Positions 1-10,442 of a stretch of DNA of 64,000 nucleotides are shown here, piece after piece. The stretch is from the NCBI GenBank assembly GCA_964649545.1, contig CAZYPY010000002.1:7050-71049 (forward strand). The letters are read 5' to 3'. The position numbers and the translations under genes were made by a program. The notes beneath the pieces are model-generated. The model had not been told where the DNA came from, searched no databases, and was given only the letters and a program-made list of their open reading frames with translations. Within the stretch, counting starts at the first letter, position 1. Each line of letters begins with the position of its first letter. The DNA comes from an uncultured Microthrixaceae bacterium. Its GTDB lineage: Bacteria > Actinomycetota > Acidimicrobiia > Acidimicrobiales > DATDAH01.

Positions 1-1
1 C

Positions 2-1042
2 GGCCTGATGACCGGGATGATCGACGGCATCGTGCCCACCGAGCGGCCGGGCCTCCACTTCGCCCACGCCACCTTCCCCCACATCCCGTGGCTGTTGAGC
101 CCGGAGGGCTACCAGTACGTGGTGTCCGACGCCCGCTTCGTGCCCGGCCTCGAGAACGGCGGCATCTGGACCGATGAGAACGACTACCTCGTCCGCCAGG
201 GCTTCGCCCGTCACCTGCTCCAGGTCGGCTACATGGACCGCATCGTCGGGGACATGATCACCCGGCTCGAGGAGCAGGGCCTGTGGGAGGACGCCCTCGT
301 CGTCGTCCTGTCCGACCACGGCGTCGCTTTCACGCCGGGCGAGAACTTCCGCAGCCCGCGGGCCGACACCGTCCACGAGATCTACAACATCCCCCTGTTC
401 ATCAAGTACCCGGGCCAGACCGAGGGCGAGACCAGCGAAGTGAACGCCCTGACCATCGACGTGCTCCCGACCATCGTCGAGGCCCTCGACATCGACACCG
501 ACTGGGAGTTCGACGGCCAGTCGCTGCTCGGCGACGGGCCCGACCGGGACTCGAAGCCGACCTACTGGGACGTGGGCCCCGACGAGGTGCCCGTCGACTT
601 CGACGGGGTCATGGAGGTCGTCGAGCGCGACCAGGAGTACCTGCCCAACGGCGACGACTGGCTCGGCGTGTTCGGCCAGGGCGAGTACGCCGACCTGGTC
701 GGCGCGCGCCTCGACGACCTCGACGTGACGGGCGACCGCGGCCTGACCTTCACGACCGACCAGGACGCCCGCCTCGCCGACTGGCAGCCCGACGCCGACG
801 GCCTGGCCCCGATGCTGCTCTACGGCACGATCGAGGGGGACGACGAGGTGCCGGACGGCGGCGTCATGGTGGTCAACGGTCGGGTCGCCGGTGTGGTCGG
901 CGACGTGAAGGCCGAGGACGGCCGGGTGACGTTCAATTCGCTGATCTCCGAGGAGATCCTCCAGCAGGGCGAGAACGAGGTCGTCCTGTTGATCCCGCAA
1001 CGGTCCGGCTCGCGCCAGTTCGAGACTGCCACACTCGGGTGA
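2..1042 (+). CDS. Sulfatase/LTA-synthase-like (alkaline phosphatase superfamily) protein, C-terminal part; 5' end lies outside the window
   Basis: The frame is open from the window edge. The translation (HLLQVGYMDRIVGDMITRLEEQGLWEDALVVVLSDHGVAF...NIPLFIKYPG) is a clear paralog of the C-terminal domain of the next gene. G/C-ending codons dominate. Confidence 0.7.
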   Translation, partial: GLMTGMIDGIVPTERPGLHFAHATFPHIPWLLSPEGYQYVVSDARFVPGLENGGIWTDENDYLVRQGFARHLLQVGYMDRIVGDMITRLEEQGLWEDALVVVLSDHGVAFTPGENFRSPRADTVHEIYNIPLFIKYPGQTEGETSEVNALTIDVLPTIVEALDIDTDWEFDGQSLLGDGPDRDSKPTYWDVGPDEVPVDFDGVMEVVERDQEYLPNGDDWLGVFGQGEYADLVGARLDDLDVTGDRGLTFTTDQDARLADWQPDADGLAPMLLYGTIEGDDEVPDGGVMVVNGRVAGVVGDVKAEDGRVTFNSLISEEILQQGENEVVLLIPQRSGSRQFETATLG

Positions 1043-3342
1043 TGGTGGACGTGGCCGCGACCGGGGCGACCCCCGTCGTCGAACGGGAGGACGCCCGTCC
1101 GGCCGGCCATGTGAGCGTCTGGCGGCGGGTCGCGGCCCGGCTCGAGCTGCGTGAGGTGCTCGGCTACGACTTCCTGTCGCTCCTGGCCCTCTCGGGGCTC
1201 GCGGTGGCCCAGCCGCTGCTCGACCTGTTCGGGAAGAACCCCGAGTTCTTCGTGGCCGCCGAGGCCACCCGGGCCCAGATCGTGGCCTTCGGCCTCGCCG
1301 TCGCCTTCGGCGTGCCCCTCCTCGCCGTCGTCGTCGAACTGGTCGCCCACGCCGTCGGCCACCGCGTCGGCGCCGCCGTCCACACGGGCCTCGTCGCCCT
1401 GCTCGGCACCGCCTTCGGCGCCACCGTCGCCCGCCAGTTCGACTTCTCGTCGAACCTGCCGGTGGTCGCCGTGTCGCTCGCGGTGGGCGTGGCCATCGCC
1501 GTGGCCGAGCGTCGCACCAAGGCCATGCGGCTCGGCCTGCGCTACCTCGCCCTCGCCCCGGTGCTCTTCCTCGCCCTGTTCCTCCTCACCTCCGGCACCT
1601 CCCGCCTGCTCTGGGAGGACGAGGCCCAGGCGGCCACGGGCGTCGCCGTCGCCGATCCGCGCCCGATCGTGCTCATCGTGTTCGACGAGCTCCCGGTGGC
1701 GTCGCTCCTCGGCCCCGACGGCCAGATCGACGAGACCCGCTTTCCGAACTTCGCCCGGTTGGCCCAGCACTCGACGTGGTTCCGCAACGCCACCGCCCTG
1801 TCACCCAACACCCCGGGCAGCGTGCCCACCATCCAGAGCGGGCTGAACCCGGCGAGCGGGGCGCTGCCCACGTCGGTGGACTACCCGCGGAACCTCTTCA
1901 CCCTGCTCGGCGGCGCCTACGACCTCGACGTCACCGAGACCATCACCCAGGTGTGCCCCAGCACCTTGTGCACCCGACCCGAGAGCGCCCCCGACCAGGG
2001 GTTCCTCCACGGCCTCACCCGCACCCTCGAGGACGCCTACATCGTCTACGGGCACGCCACCCTGCCGCCCTCCCTGCGGGAGGACCTGCCAGGCGTCGAC
2101 CAGTCGTGGGGCGGCTTCCTCGAGGAGGCCGCCGACGCCACCGACATCGACGGCAACGCGATCGACGCCGGGTCCTCGGGTCCGTCCGGCTCGGCGGCGC
2201 CGGTGACCACGACGACGTTCCCCGAGGGCATCACCGACTTCATGGCCGCCCGCAACCAGGCCATGGCCGCCGACCTGCCCGAGGGCACGGGCGGGCCCAT
2301 GGCCGCGATGATCGACCGCATCGGGCCCGAGGACGAGTCCCGCCTGTACTTCGTGCACGACGGGCTCTTCCCGCACTTCAACTGGCGCACCACCCCCGAC
2401 GGTCGCACCTACGCCGGCGAGGGCGGGCCCCCGGGCTCGGTCGACGGCCGGTGGGGGGCGAACGAGTTCCTGATCCGCGAGGGCCAGCAGCGCCACCTCC
2501 TGCAGGTGGGCTACGCCGACACCCTGCTCGGCGAGCTCATGGACCGCCTCGAGGAGCAGGGCGTCTGGGACGACGCCATGATCGTCGTGACCGCCGACCA
2601 CGGCATCGCCTTCACCGCCGACCACGACAAGCGGGCGCCGAGCGACGAGACCGTCGACGAGATCTACCGGGTGCCGATGTTCATCCGGGTCCCCGGCGAG
2701 CGCGAGGGCGAGGTCGACGACGGCAACGCCCTCAACACCGACGTCCTGCCGACCATCGTCGACGTCCTCGGCATCGACACCGACTGGGACTTCGACGGCC
2801 GTTCGCTGTTCGGGGACGAGCCGCCGCCGGACGACAAGCCGGTCTTCTACGGCACGGGCCCGTCCTCGGTCTCGACTTCGCTCGACGGCCTGTTCCAGGT
2901 CGCCGCCCGCAACCACGAGCGCTTCGACGAGCCCGGTTGGGACGGCGTCGTCGCCGTCGGCGGCCTCGGCCGGTACGTGGGCCGCCTGGTCAGCTCGATG
3001 GGGGTGACCCCGGTGCCCGAGGACGTCGATGCCGATGCGGCCTGGCGCCTCCAGCACCCCGAACGCTTCGAAGCGATCCCCGCCGAGGGCGGCCGGATCC
3101 CCCTCGTGGTCGAGGGCTCGCTCGACCTCGAGCCGGGCCACGAGCCCGCGGACGTGGCGCTGGTGGCGCTGAACGGCACCGTGGCCGGCGTGGCCGGCGA
3201 CTTCCACGAGGAGAACGGCCGCTGGCACTTCCGCGCGCTGCTCGACTACCGCCTGTTCACCGAGGGCGACCACGAGGTGGCGCTGCTGATCGTGGGCCGC
3301 GGTGGCGACGAGCCCACCTTCTACGAGGTGCCCCGCCGGTAG
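1042..3342 (+). CDS. Membrane-anchored sulfatase/LTA-synthase-like (PF00884-type) protein
   Basis: The ATG at 1042 overlaps the upstream stop (ATGA). The N-terminus has several hydrophobic helices. The catalytic-type domain follows (IVLIVFDELP..., LSPNTPGSVPTIQSG, HLLQVGYADTLLGELMDRLEEQGVWDDAMIVVTADHGIAF). The 283-1041 part of the supplied ORF is Arg/Pro-rich shadow sequence. Confidence 0.75.
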   Translation: MVDVAATGATPVVEREDARPAGHVSVWRRVAARLELREVLGYDFLSLLALSGLAVAQPLLDLFGKNPEFFVAAEATRAQIVAFGLAVAFGVPLLAVVVELVAHAVGHRVGAAVHTGLVALLGTAFGATVARQFDFSSNLPVVAVSLAVGVAIAVAERRTKAMRLGLRYLALAPVLFLALFLLTSGTSRLLWEDEAQAATGVAVADPRPIVLIVFDELPVASLLGPDGQIDETRFPNFARLAQHSTWFRNATALSPNTPGSVPTIQSGLNPASGALPTSVDYPRNLFTLLGGAYDLDVTETITQVCPSTLCTRPESAPDQGFLHGLTRTLEDAYIVYGHATLPPSLREDLPGVDQSWGGFLEEAADATDIDGNAIDAGSSGPSGSAAPVTTTTFPEGITDFMAARNQAMAADLPEGTGGPMAAMIDRIGPEDESRLYFVHDGLFPHFNWRTTPDGRTYAGEGGPPGSVDGRWGANEFLIREGQQRHLLQVGYADTLLGELMDRLEEQGVWDDAMIVVTADHGIAFTADHDKRAPSDETVDEIYRVPMFIRVPGEREGEVDDGNALNTDVLPTIVDVLGIDTDWDFDGRSLFGDEPPPDDKPVFYGTGPSSVSTSLDGLFQVAARNHERFDEPGWDGVVAVGGLGRYVGRLVSSMGVTPVPEDVDADAAWRLQHPERFEAIPAEGGRIPLVVEGSLDLEPGHEPADVALVALNGTVAGVAGDFHEENGRWHFRALLDYRLFTEGDHEVALLIVGRGGDEPTFYEVPRR

Positions 3343-3363
3343 CGGCTGGCGCGCCGGCGTCGC

Positions 3364-4350
3364 TCAGGGTGCATCCGGCCGGAAGGCCTCGAGGAGGCGC
3401 CGGGCCGCGGTGGTGGGGGAGACGGCGCCGGCCGCGACCTGGGCCTCCAGCTCAGGGGCGAGTGCCTCCACGGCGGGGTGCGAGCGCACGGCCTCGCCGA
3501 GGCGGGCCTGCACGTCGTTCCACATCCACGCCGTGGCCTGGCCCGACCGCAGCTCGGCCAGGCGGCCCGACGCCGCCCAGTCGGCGCGCAGGCCGCCCAC
3601 GGTGTCGGCCACCTCGGGGATGCCCTCGCCGGCGAGGGACGAGCAGGTGAGCACGGGGGCGGCGCCGGCGCCCGCCTTGGGGCGCAGCAGCTCGAGGGCG
3701 TGGCGGTAGTCGGCCGCGGTGTGGCGGGCGGTGGTGGCCAGGTCGCCGTCGGCCTTGGTGATGACCAGCACGTCGGCCAGCTCCATGATCCCGCGCTTGA
3801 TGCCCTGGAGGTCGTCCCCGCCGCCGGGGGCGACGAGCAGCACGAACACGTCGACCAGGTCGGCCACCGCGCCCTCGGCCTGGCCGGCGCCCACCGTCTC
3901 CACGATCACCACGTCGAAGCCGAAGGCCTCGCACAGGGTGATGGCCTCCCGGGTGCGGCGGGCCACGCCGCCGAGGCTCGCCCCCGACGGCGAGGGGCGG
4001 ATGAAGGCGTCGGGGCTCGACGCCAGGCCGGGCATGCGGGTCTTGTCGCCGAGGATGGAGCCGCCGGTCCGCTGGCTGGACGGGTCCACCGCCAGCACCG
4101 CGACGCGATGGCCGGTGTCGACCAGGTGGAGGCCGAAGGCCTCGATGAAGGTCGACTTGCCCACACCGGGGCTGCCGGTGATGCCGATGCGCAGGGCGCC
4201 GCCGGCGTCGGGGGTCAGCGCGTCGAGCAGCGCGCCGGCGGCGTCTTGATCGTCGGCCCGGGTGGACTCGACGAGGGTGATGGCGCGTGCCAGCGCCCGC
4301 CGGTCGCCGGCGCGGATGCCGGCGGCCAGCTCCTCCTCGGAGGGGGTCAC
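3364..4350 (-). CDS. meaB: Methylmalonyl-CoA mutase-associated GTPase (MeaB/ArgK)
   Basis: P-loop GSPGVGKSTFIEAFG. NKxD-like ITKADG. Lies 13 bp downstream of the mutase gene on the same strand. Confidence 0.9.
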   Translation of the reverse strand: MTPSEEELAAGIRAGDRRALARAITLVESTRADDQDAAGALLDALTPDAGGALRIGITGSPGVGKSTFIEAFGLHLVDTGHRVAVLAVDPSSQRTGGSILGDKTRMPGLASSPDAFIRPSPSGASLGGVARRTREAITLCEAFGFDVVIVETVGAGQAEGAVADLVDVFVLLVAPGGGDDLQGIKRGIMELADVLVITKADGDLATTARHTAADYRHALELLRPKAGAGAAPVLTCSSLAGEGIPEVADTVGGLRADWAASGRLAELRSGQATAWMWNDVQARLGEAVRSHPAVEALAPELEAQVAAGAVSPTTAARRLLEAFRPDAP

Positions 4351-4363
4351 GGAGGGCAGCGGC

Positions 4364-6490
<2,127 letters not shown>

Positions 6491-6496
6491 CACACT

Positions 6497-6570
6497 GGCT
6501 CCTCCTGCGTCGGAGCGGCTGCGCCATCGGGTTCGTCGGTGGGGCTGCTCCGCTCCGCTCCGCAACGTCG
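6497..6570. repeat. Copy A of a dispersed intergenic repeat family (see 18756-18910 and 23146-23343)
   Basis: The 3' half, gttcgtcggtggggctgctccgctccgctccgcaacgtcg, is near-identical to 18873-18910. The 5' half, ggctcctcctgcgtcggagcgg, resembles the 23146 copies. Confidence 0.8.
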
Positions 6571-6582
6571 ATCCATGTCCGT

Positions 6583-6618
6583 CAGCGTACGGTTTGGCGT
6601 GGTGCCGCCCGAAGTCGA
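6583..6618. repeat. Left copy of a 36-bp direct repeat flanking the DUF4143 ATPase gene
   Basis: cagcgtacggtttggcgtgGtgccgcccgaAgtcga matches 7940-7975 at 34 of 36 positions by hand alignment. Confidence 0.85.
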
Positions 6619-6626
6619 CCGTGGCG

Positions 6627-7865
6627 TCAGAGCGCGGCGATCGGCAGGAACCAGAGGTCGTCGTCGTGTTGGAACGACCGCGGTCCGGTGTGGAACACGA
6701 TGCCTCGGCGAAAGAGCGGACCGAGGCGGTCGGCGAGCCAGCGCAGGTGCCGGGCGTCGGACCGGCCGGGGGCGGCCGTCGCCTTCACCTCGCAGGCGAT
6801 GACGGAGCCGTCCGGGTGCTCGACGATCAAGTCGACCTCGTGCTCGCCGTTGGTGTCCCGGAGGTGCAGGAGGCGGGCACGGGGCGCGGTCAGCTCGACG
6901 AGGGGGCGGAGTTGGGCGGCGACGTAGGTGTCGAGCAGGCGACCGAGCACGTCGATGTCGCGGGTCGCCGTGCGCTCGTCGACGCCCAGCAGCGGCCCGA
7001 GCAGTGAGGGCTCGGTCAGGTAGCGCTTGGGGCGCTTCGCCAACCGGTTGAGCCGGTTCCCGAGGTAGGGCGGCACCCGCTCGGTCACCATGAGGGCCTC
7101 GAACACGCCGTCGTAGGCCGCGATGGTGGCCCGGTCGAGGCCGGTCGCCTCGATCAGGCGCTCGACGGCCGGGATCCCGCCGCTCGACGCGGCGATGGCG
7201 CGGAGCGCCGTGCGCAACATCGCCGGATTGCGACGCGGGCTGACGGTCTCGACGTCGCGGGTGACGAGTTGATCGACGTAGGCGTCGAGCAGACGAGACC
7301 GCTTGGCGGCGGAGCCCGCCATCGCGACCTGGGGCAGACCACCCCGGAGGGCTCGGTCGACGTAGACCCGGAAGTCCGGGGCATCCCTGATGGTGGGCAT
7401 GGCGGCCCCCGGATCCATGGCGAGGTCGAGCAGGGTGGTCTCCTCGTGACCCCGACCCTCCAGTTCGCGTTGGGTCAGACCCCACATCGCCAGCCGCACG
7501 ATGCGACCCGTTCCTGCCCATCCGGTGGTGACGAGATCGGACCGCGCCGAGCCGGTCAGCACGAACTGGCCGGCGGTGAAGTCGAGGTCGACGGCCCGCT
7601 TCACCGCGCCGAGCACCTCGGGGGCGAGCTGCCACTCGTCGATGAGCAGGGGGCGGGGCCCGGCAGCGATCGCGACATCGGGATCGGCGGTGACCACCCC
7701 GCGCTCGTTCGGGCGGTCGAGGCGTAGCGTCGTCGCCGCGTGGCGACTCGCCGTCGTGGTCTTGCCGCATCCCCGGGGCCCGACGACGAGCACGGCGGGG
7801 ACCCCGTCGACGGGGCCGAGGGCGTCCCGGAGCACCCCGTCCAACCGGCGGGGAAGGTAGTCCAT
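6627..7865 (-). CDS. AAA+ ATP-binding protein of the AAA_14/DUF4143 type
   Basis: Walker [12 protein letters not shown] and Walker B-like LLIDEWQ. The C-terminal region ([29 protein letters not shown]) is typical of the DUF4143 restriction-endonuclease-like fold. Confidence 0.8.
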   Translation of the reverse strand: MDYLPRRLDGVLRDALGPVDGVPAVLVVGPRGCGKTTTASRHAATTLRLDRPNERGVVTADPDVAIAAGPRPLLIDEWQLAPEVLGAVKRAVDLDFTAGQFVLTGSARSDLVTTGWAGTGRIVRLAMWGLTQRELEGRGHEETTLLDLAMDPGAAMPTIRDAPDFRVYVDRALRGGLPQVAMAGSAAKRSRLLDAYVDQLVTRDVETVSPRRNPAMLRTALRAIAASSGGIPAVERLIEATGLDRATIAAYDGVFEALMVTERVPPYLGNRLNRLAKRPKRYLTEPSLLGPLLGVDERTATRDIDVLGRLLDTYVAAQLRPLVELTAPRARLLHLRDTNGEHEVDLIVEHPDGSVIACEVKATAAPGRSDARHLRWLADRLGPLFRRGIVFHTGPRSFQHDDDLWFLPIAAL

Positions 7866-7940
7866 GGTCAGACTTTAGCAGCCGATACAGTCGGCATTTA
7901 GCAGGATCAAGAGTCCGGGAAATGCCCACCGGGCCGCGGC
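7866..7940 (-). promoter_or_regulatory. A/T-rich putative promoter/operator of the ATPase gene, possibly a leaderless transcript
   Basis: Direct repeat TTTAGCAG at 7874-7881 and 7897-7904 brackets the palindrome GCCGAtacagTCGGC (7881-7895). On the gene strand, TAAAGT (TANNNT) ends 6 nt before the ATG. Confidence 0.35.
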
Positions 7941-7975
7941 AGCGTACGGTTTGGCGTGATGCCGCCCGACGTCGA
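7940..7975. repeat. Right copy of the 36-bp direct repeat; it contains the 5' leader and first codons of the fetA-like gene
   Basis: cagcgtacggtttggcgtgAtgccgcccgaCgtcga. Includes the GTG/ATG start at 7956/7959. Confidence 0.85.
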
Positions 7976-8615
7976 TCTCTTCACCTTCGAGGGGGTGCGC
8001 CTCGTGGTCGACGGCATCACCGTGCTCGACGGCGTCGATGCCCGTATCCCCGACGAGGGGCTCACCGCGATCGTCGGGCCCTCGGGGTCGGGGAAGTCCA
8101 CCCTCCTGCGCCTCTGCAACCGCCTGGAGGTGCCCACCGGGGGCCGGGTGCGCTTCCGGGGCGACGACCTCGCCGAGGTCGACCCGCTGCACCTGCGACG
8201 GCGGGTCGGCATGGTCTTCCAGCGCCCGACGCTGTTCCCGGGCACGGTGGGCGACAACCTCGCGGTCGCCGAGCCGGGGATCCCTGAGGAGGCGGCCGCC
8301 GACGCCCTGCACCGGGCCGGCCTCGACGGGTCCTTCCTGACCCGGACCGCCGACGACCTGTCGGGCGGCGAGGCCCAGCGGGCCTGCCTGGCCCGGACGC
8401 TCGTCACCCGCCCGGAGGTACTGCTCATGGACGAGCCCACCTCCGCCCTCGACGAGGAGAGCACCCGGGTGCTCGAGCACCTCGGCATCGACCTGGCCGA
8501 CAGTGGTGTCCCCGTGCTCTGGGTCACCCACGACCCCCACCAGGTCGACCGCATCGCCGACCGCCGCCTGCGCATGGAGCGGGGCCGGGTGATCGAGGGC
8601 GGAGTCGGGTCGTGA
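7956..8615 (+). CDS. fetA: ABC transporter ATP-binding protein (YbbL/FetA-like)
   Basis: Walker A GPSGSGKST, signature LSGGEAQR, Walker B LLMDEPTSALD. Overlaps the downstream YbbM-type permease gene by 4 nt. Confidence 0.8.
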   Translation: MMPPDVDLFTFEGVRLVVDGITVLDGVDARIPDEGLTAIVGPSGSGKSTLLRLCNRLEVPTGGRVRFRGDDLAEVDPLHLRRRVGMVFQRPTLFPGTVGDNLAVAEPGIPEEAAADALHRAGLDGSFLTRTADDLSGGEAQRACLARTLVTRPEVLLMDEPTSALDEESTRVLEHLGIDLADSGVPVLWVTHDPHQVDRIADRRLRMERGRVIEGGVGS

Positions 8616-9442
8616 CCGCGCTCGTGACCGCCGTCGCCGTGGTCCTCGCCGCCTCGTCGTCGGACCCCGCCGGAGACGTCACCTGGGCGGGCCTGGCCGC
8701 GTCGCTCCTGCTGGTGGCGGTGGCGGTCGGCCTGTCGTGGTGGCGGGGCTACGGCCTGGAGCGCCCGATCCTGTGGGCGTCGCTGCGGGCCATCGTGCAG
8801 CTGCTGCTGGTGGGCCTCGCCCTCACGGTGATCATCGATCCCGACGCGCCGCTGTGGCTGTCGTGGGCGTGGGTGGTGTTCATGGTCTGGTTCGCGTCGG
8901 TGGTGGTGACCCGCCGGGCGCCGGAGGTGCCGGGCCTGCTCCCGATCGCCCTGGCCGCGACCGGGGCCGCCGCGGCGGTGAGCCTGGGCGTCATCTTCGG
9001 CTTCGGCATCTTCCCGGTCGAGGGCCGGGCCATCGTGCCCCTCGCGGGGATGATGATCGGCAACTCCATGACCGCCACCGTGGTGGCGTCCCGGCGGGTG
9101 GTGGGGGAGTTGAGCGACAAGCGGGCCGAGGTCGAGGCCCGCCTCGCCCTGGGACAGCCGTGGACGGTCGCCTCCCGCCCGTACACCCGCTCGGCGGTGC
9201 GCACCGCGCTCATCAGCCAGGTCGAGACCACCAAGGCCGTCGGCCTGGTCTTCCTCCCCGGCGCCATGACCGGCCTCATCCTCGCCGGGGTCGACCCCGT
9301 CGACGCCGTCCTCGTCCAGGCCGCGGTGATGTACCTGATCCTCGGCGCGGCGGCGACCACCGTCACCGTCGTGAGCATCGGCCTGACGAGGAAGCTCTTC
9401 ACCCCCGACCACCGCCTCGTCCGCCTCGCCCGCAGGGTGTGA
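8612..9442 (+). CDS. fetB: ABC permease of the YbbM/FetB (UPF0014) family
   Basis: Polytopic membrane protein of 276 aa, translationally coupled to the ATPase gene. Size and motifs (GMMIGNSMT) fit the FetB/YbbM family. Confidence 0.75.
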   Translation: MTALVTAVAVVLAASSSDPAGDVTWAGLAASLLLVAVAVGLSWWRGYGLERPILWASLRAIVQLLLVGLALTVIIDPDAPLWLSWAWVVFMVWFASVVVTRRAPEVPGLLPIALAATGAAAAVSLGVIFGFGIFPVEGRAIVPLAGMMIGNSMTATVVASRRVVGELSDKRAEVEARLALGQPWTVASRPYTRSAVRTALISQVETTKAVGLVFLPGAMTGLILAGVDPVDAVLVQAAVMYLILGAAATTVTVVSIGLTRKLFTPDHRLVRLARRV

Positions 9443-9475
9443 TCGCCCTCCGGTCCGGATCCTTGCGCGGTCCTC

Positions 9476-9988
9476 TCAGGTGAGGCCGGCGGAGGCCCTG
9501 ATCTCGTCGAGCGACTTGAAGAGCTGGAGCGGGTGGATCGGGGACTCGACGAAGCCGAAGCGGCGGTAGAAGGCCCGGGCCTCGTCGTCGATGGCGTCGA
9601 CCAGGAGTGCTCGGGCGCCGATCAGGTCGGCGCCGCTCACGGCGCTGAGCAGCGCCTCACGCAGGAGCTCTGCCCCCCAACCGAGACCCTGGTACTCGGT
9701 GTCGATGGCGAAGCGGCCCATCCGCACGACGGGAACGGGCTCGGGCGCTCTGCGACCTACCGATGCAGGCGTCTGCTCCCTGCGCACGCTGCCGGCCGAC
9801 AGGCAGTAGTAGCCGGCGATTCGATCACCCTGGTCGTCGTCGAGCAGGAGGTAGGTGACGGCGTCACGCGACTCCATGCTCTGGCGGGCCTGGGTGGCGA
9901 GCCACCGGTCGAGCGAGGGCTCGCCGCAGGAGAACGACGCCCGCTGCTCCCTGGTGGGCGAGGCGCGGTCGTAGCGGGCCAGGCGCAC
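9476..9988 (-). CDS. GNAT-family acetyltransferase toxin (TacT/AtaT-like)
   Basis: 170 aa with an acetyl-CoA motif region (VVRMGRFAIDTEYQGLGWGAELL). Starts 8 bp downstream of a DUF1778 antitoxin gene. Confidence 0.8.
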   Translation of the reverse strand: MRLARYDRASPTREQRASFSCGEPSLDRWLATQARQSMESRDAVTYLLLDDDQGDRIAGYYCLSAGSVRREQTPASVGRRAPEPVPVVRMGRFAIDTEYQGLGWGAELLREALLSAVSGADLIGARALLVDAIDDEARAFYRRFGFVESPIHPLQLFKSLDEIRASAGLT

Positions 9989-9995
9989 GCCCGGT

Positions 9996-10271
9996 TCAGC
10001 GGGCGATCCGCTGCGGCCGAGCGAAGAGCTCGACCAGTCGTGGGTCCGGTCGAGCAGGCTCGTCGAGCACGCGGGTGAACTCGTCCCACGTGTCCTCGTC
10101 GAGCACGAAGTCGCGCTGGTCCGCCAGCAGTTGGTGGGCTCGATCGATCGCCGACGACGTGAGGAACTCGCTGACCGATTGACCCGACTGCGCCGCCGCG
10201 CGACGGATGAGCTCGTCGTCGGTGGCGCGGAGGCGCAGGTTCAGGCGGGCGTCCTTCGTGGAAGCAGGCAT
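9996..10271 (-). CDS. DUF1778 (RHH) antitoxin (TacA-like)
   Basis: 91 aa: MPASTKDARLNLRLRATDDELIRRAAAQSGQSVSEFLTSSAIDRA. This is the typical ribbon-helix-helix DUF1778 N-terminus. Only the last 276 nt of the supplied 654-aa ORF look like real coding sequence. Confidence 0.8.
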   Translation of the reverse strand: MPASTKDARLNLRLRATDDELIRRAAAQSGQSVSEFLTSSAIDRAHQLLADQRDFVLDEDTWDEFTRVLDEPARPDPRLVELFARPQRIAR

Positions 10272-10310
10272 GTGCGACCTCACCGGAGAGGACCAGCACG
10301 GCGCTGGCAC

Positions 10311-10340
10311 CGTCCGTACGGCAATACTGTATGTACATCC
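10311..10340 (-). promoter_or_regulatory. A/T-rich palindromic patch upstream of the antitoxin gene; candidate TA operator/promoter
   Basis: CGTACG (10315-10320), ATACtGTAT (10324-10332) and TGTACA (10332-10337) lie 45-60 bp upstream of the ATG at 10271. TACAGT on the gene strand fits TANNNT. Confidence 0.35.
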
Positions 10341-10442
10341 GGCACCCATACACAACCCCTGACGGCCGGTGTCGTAGCGACCCGGAGGCGGTACCCGCCT
10401 CACCCGCGAGTCCTCCTGAGGCGCGCTTGTAGGCTGCCGGCC

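Noticed and set aside
6491-6565. N-terminal extensions of mutB (to 6565) and of the sulfotransferase at 17916 (to 18914) suggested by the longest-ORF track, both containing [11 protein letters not shown].
   Set aside because: The shared peptide is simply the translation of the dispersed intergenic DNA repeat. The conserved protein cores begin downstream (MSDEAK for mutB; VIGGLGGSGT for the sulfotransferase).
6491-6626. Cobalamin riboswitch in front of the B12-dependent mutase.
   Set aside because: The region is only about 135 nt and is largely occupied by the repeat element and the 36-bp duplication. No B12-box-like sequence was recognisable.
6583-7975. Classical insertion sequence or transposon carrying the ATPase gene.
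   Set aside because: There is no transposase or integrase and no terminal inverted repeats, and the 36-bp flanking direct repeat is far longer than typical IS target duplications. I kept it as an unexplained insertion footprint.
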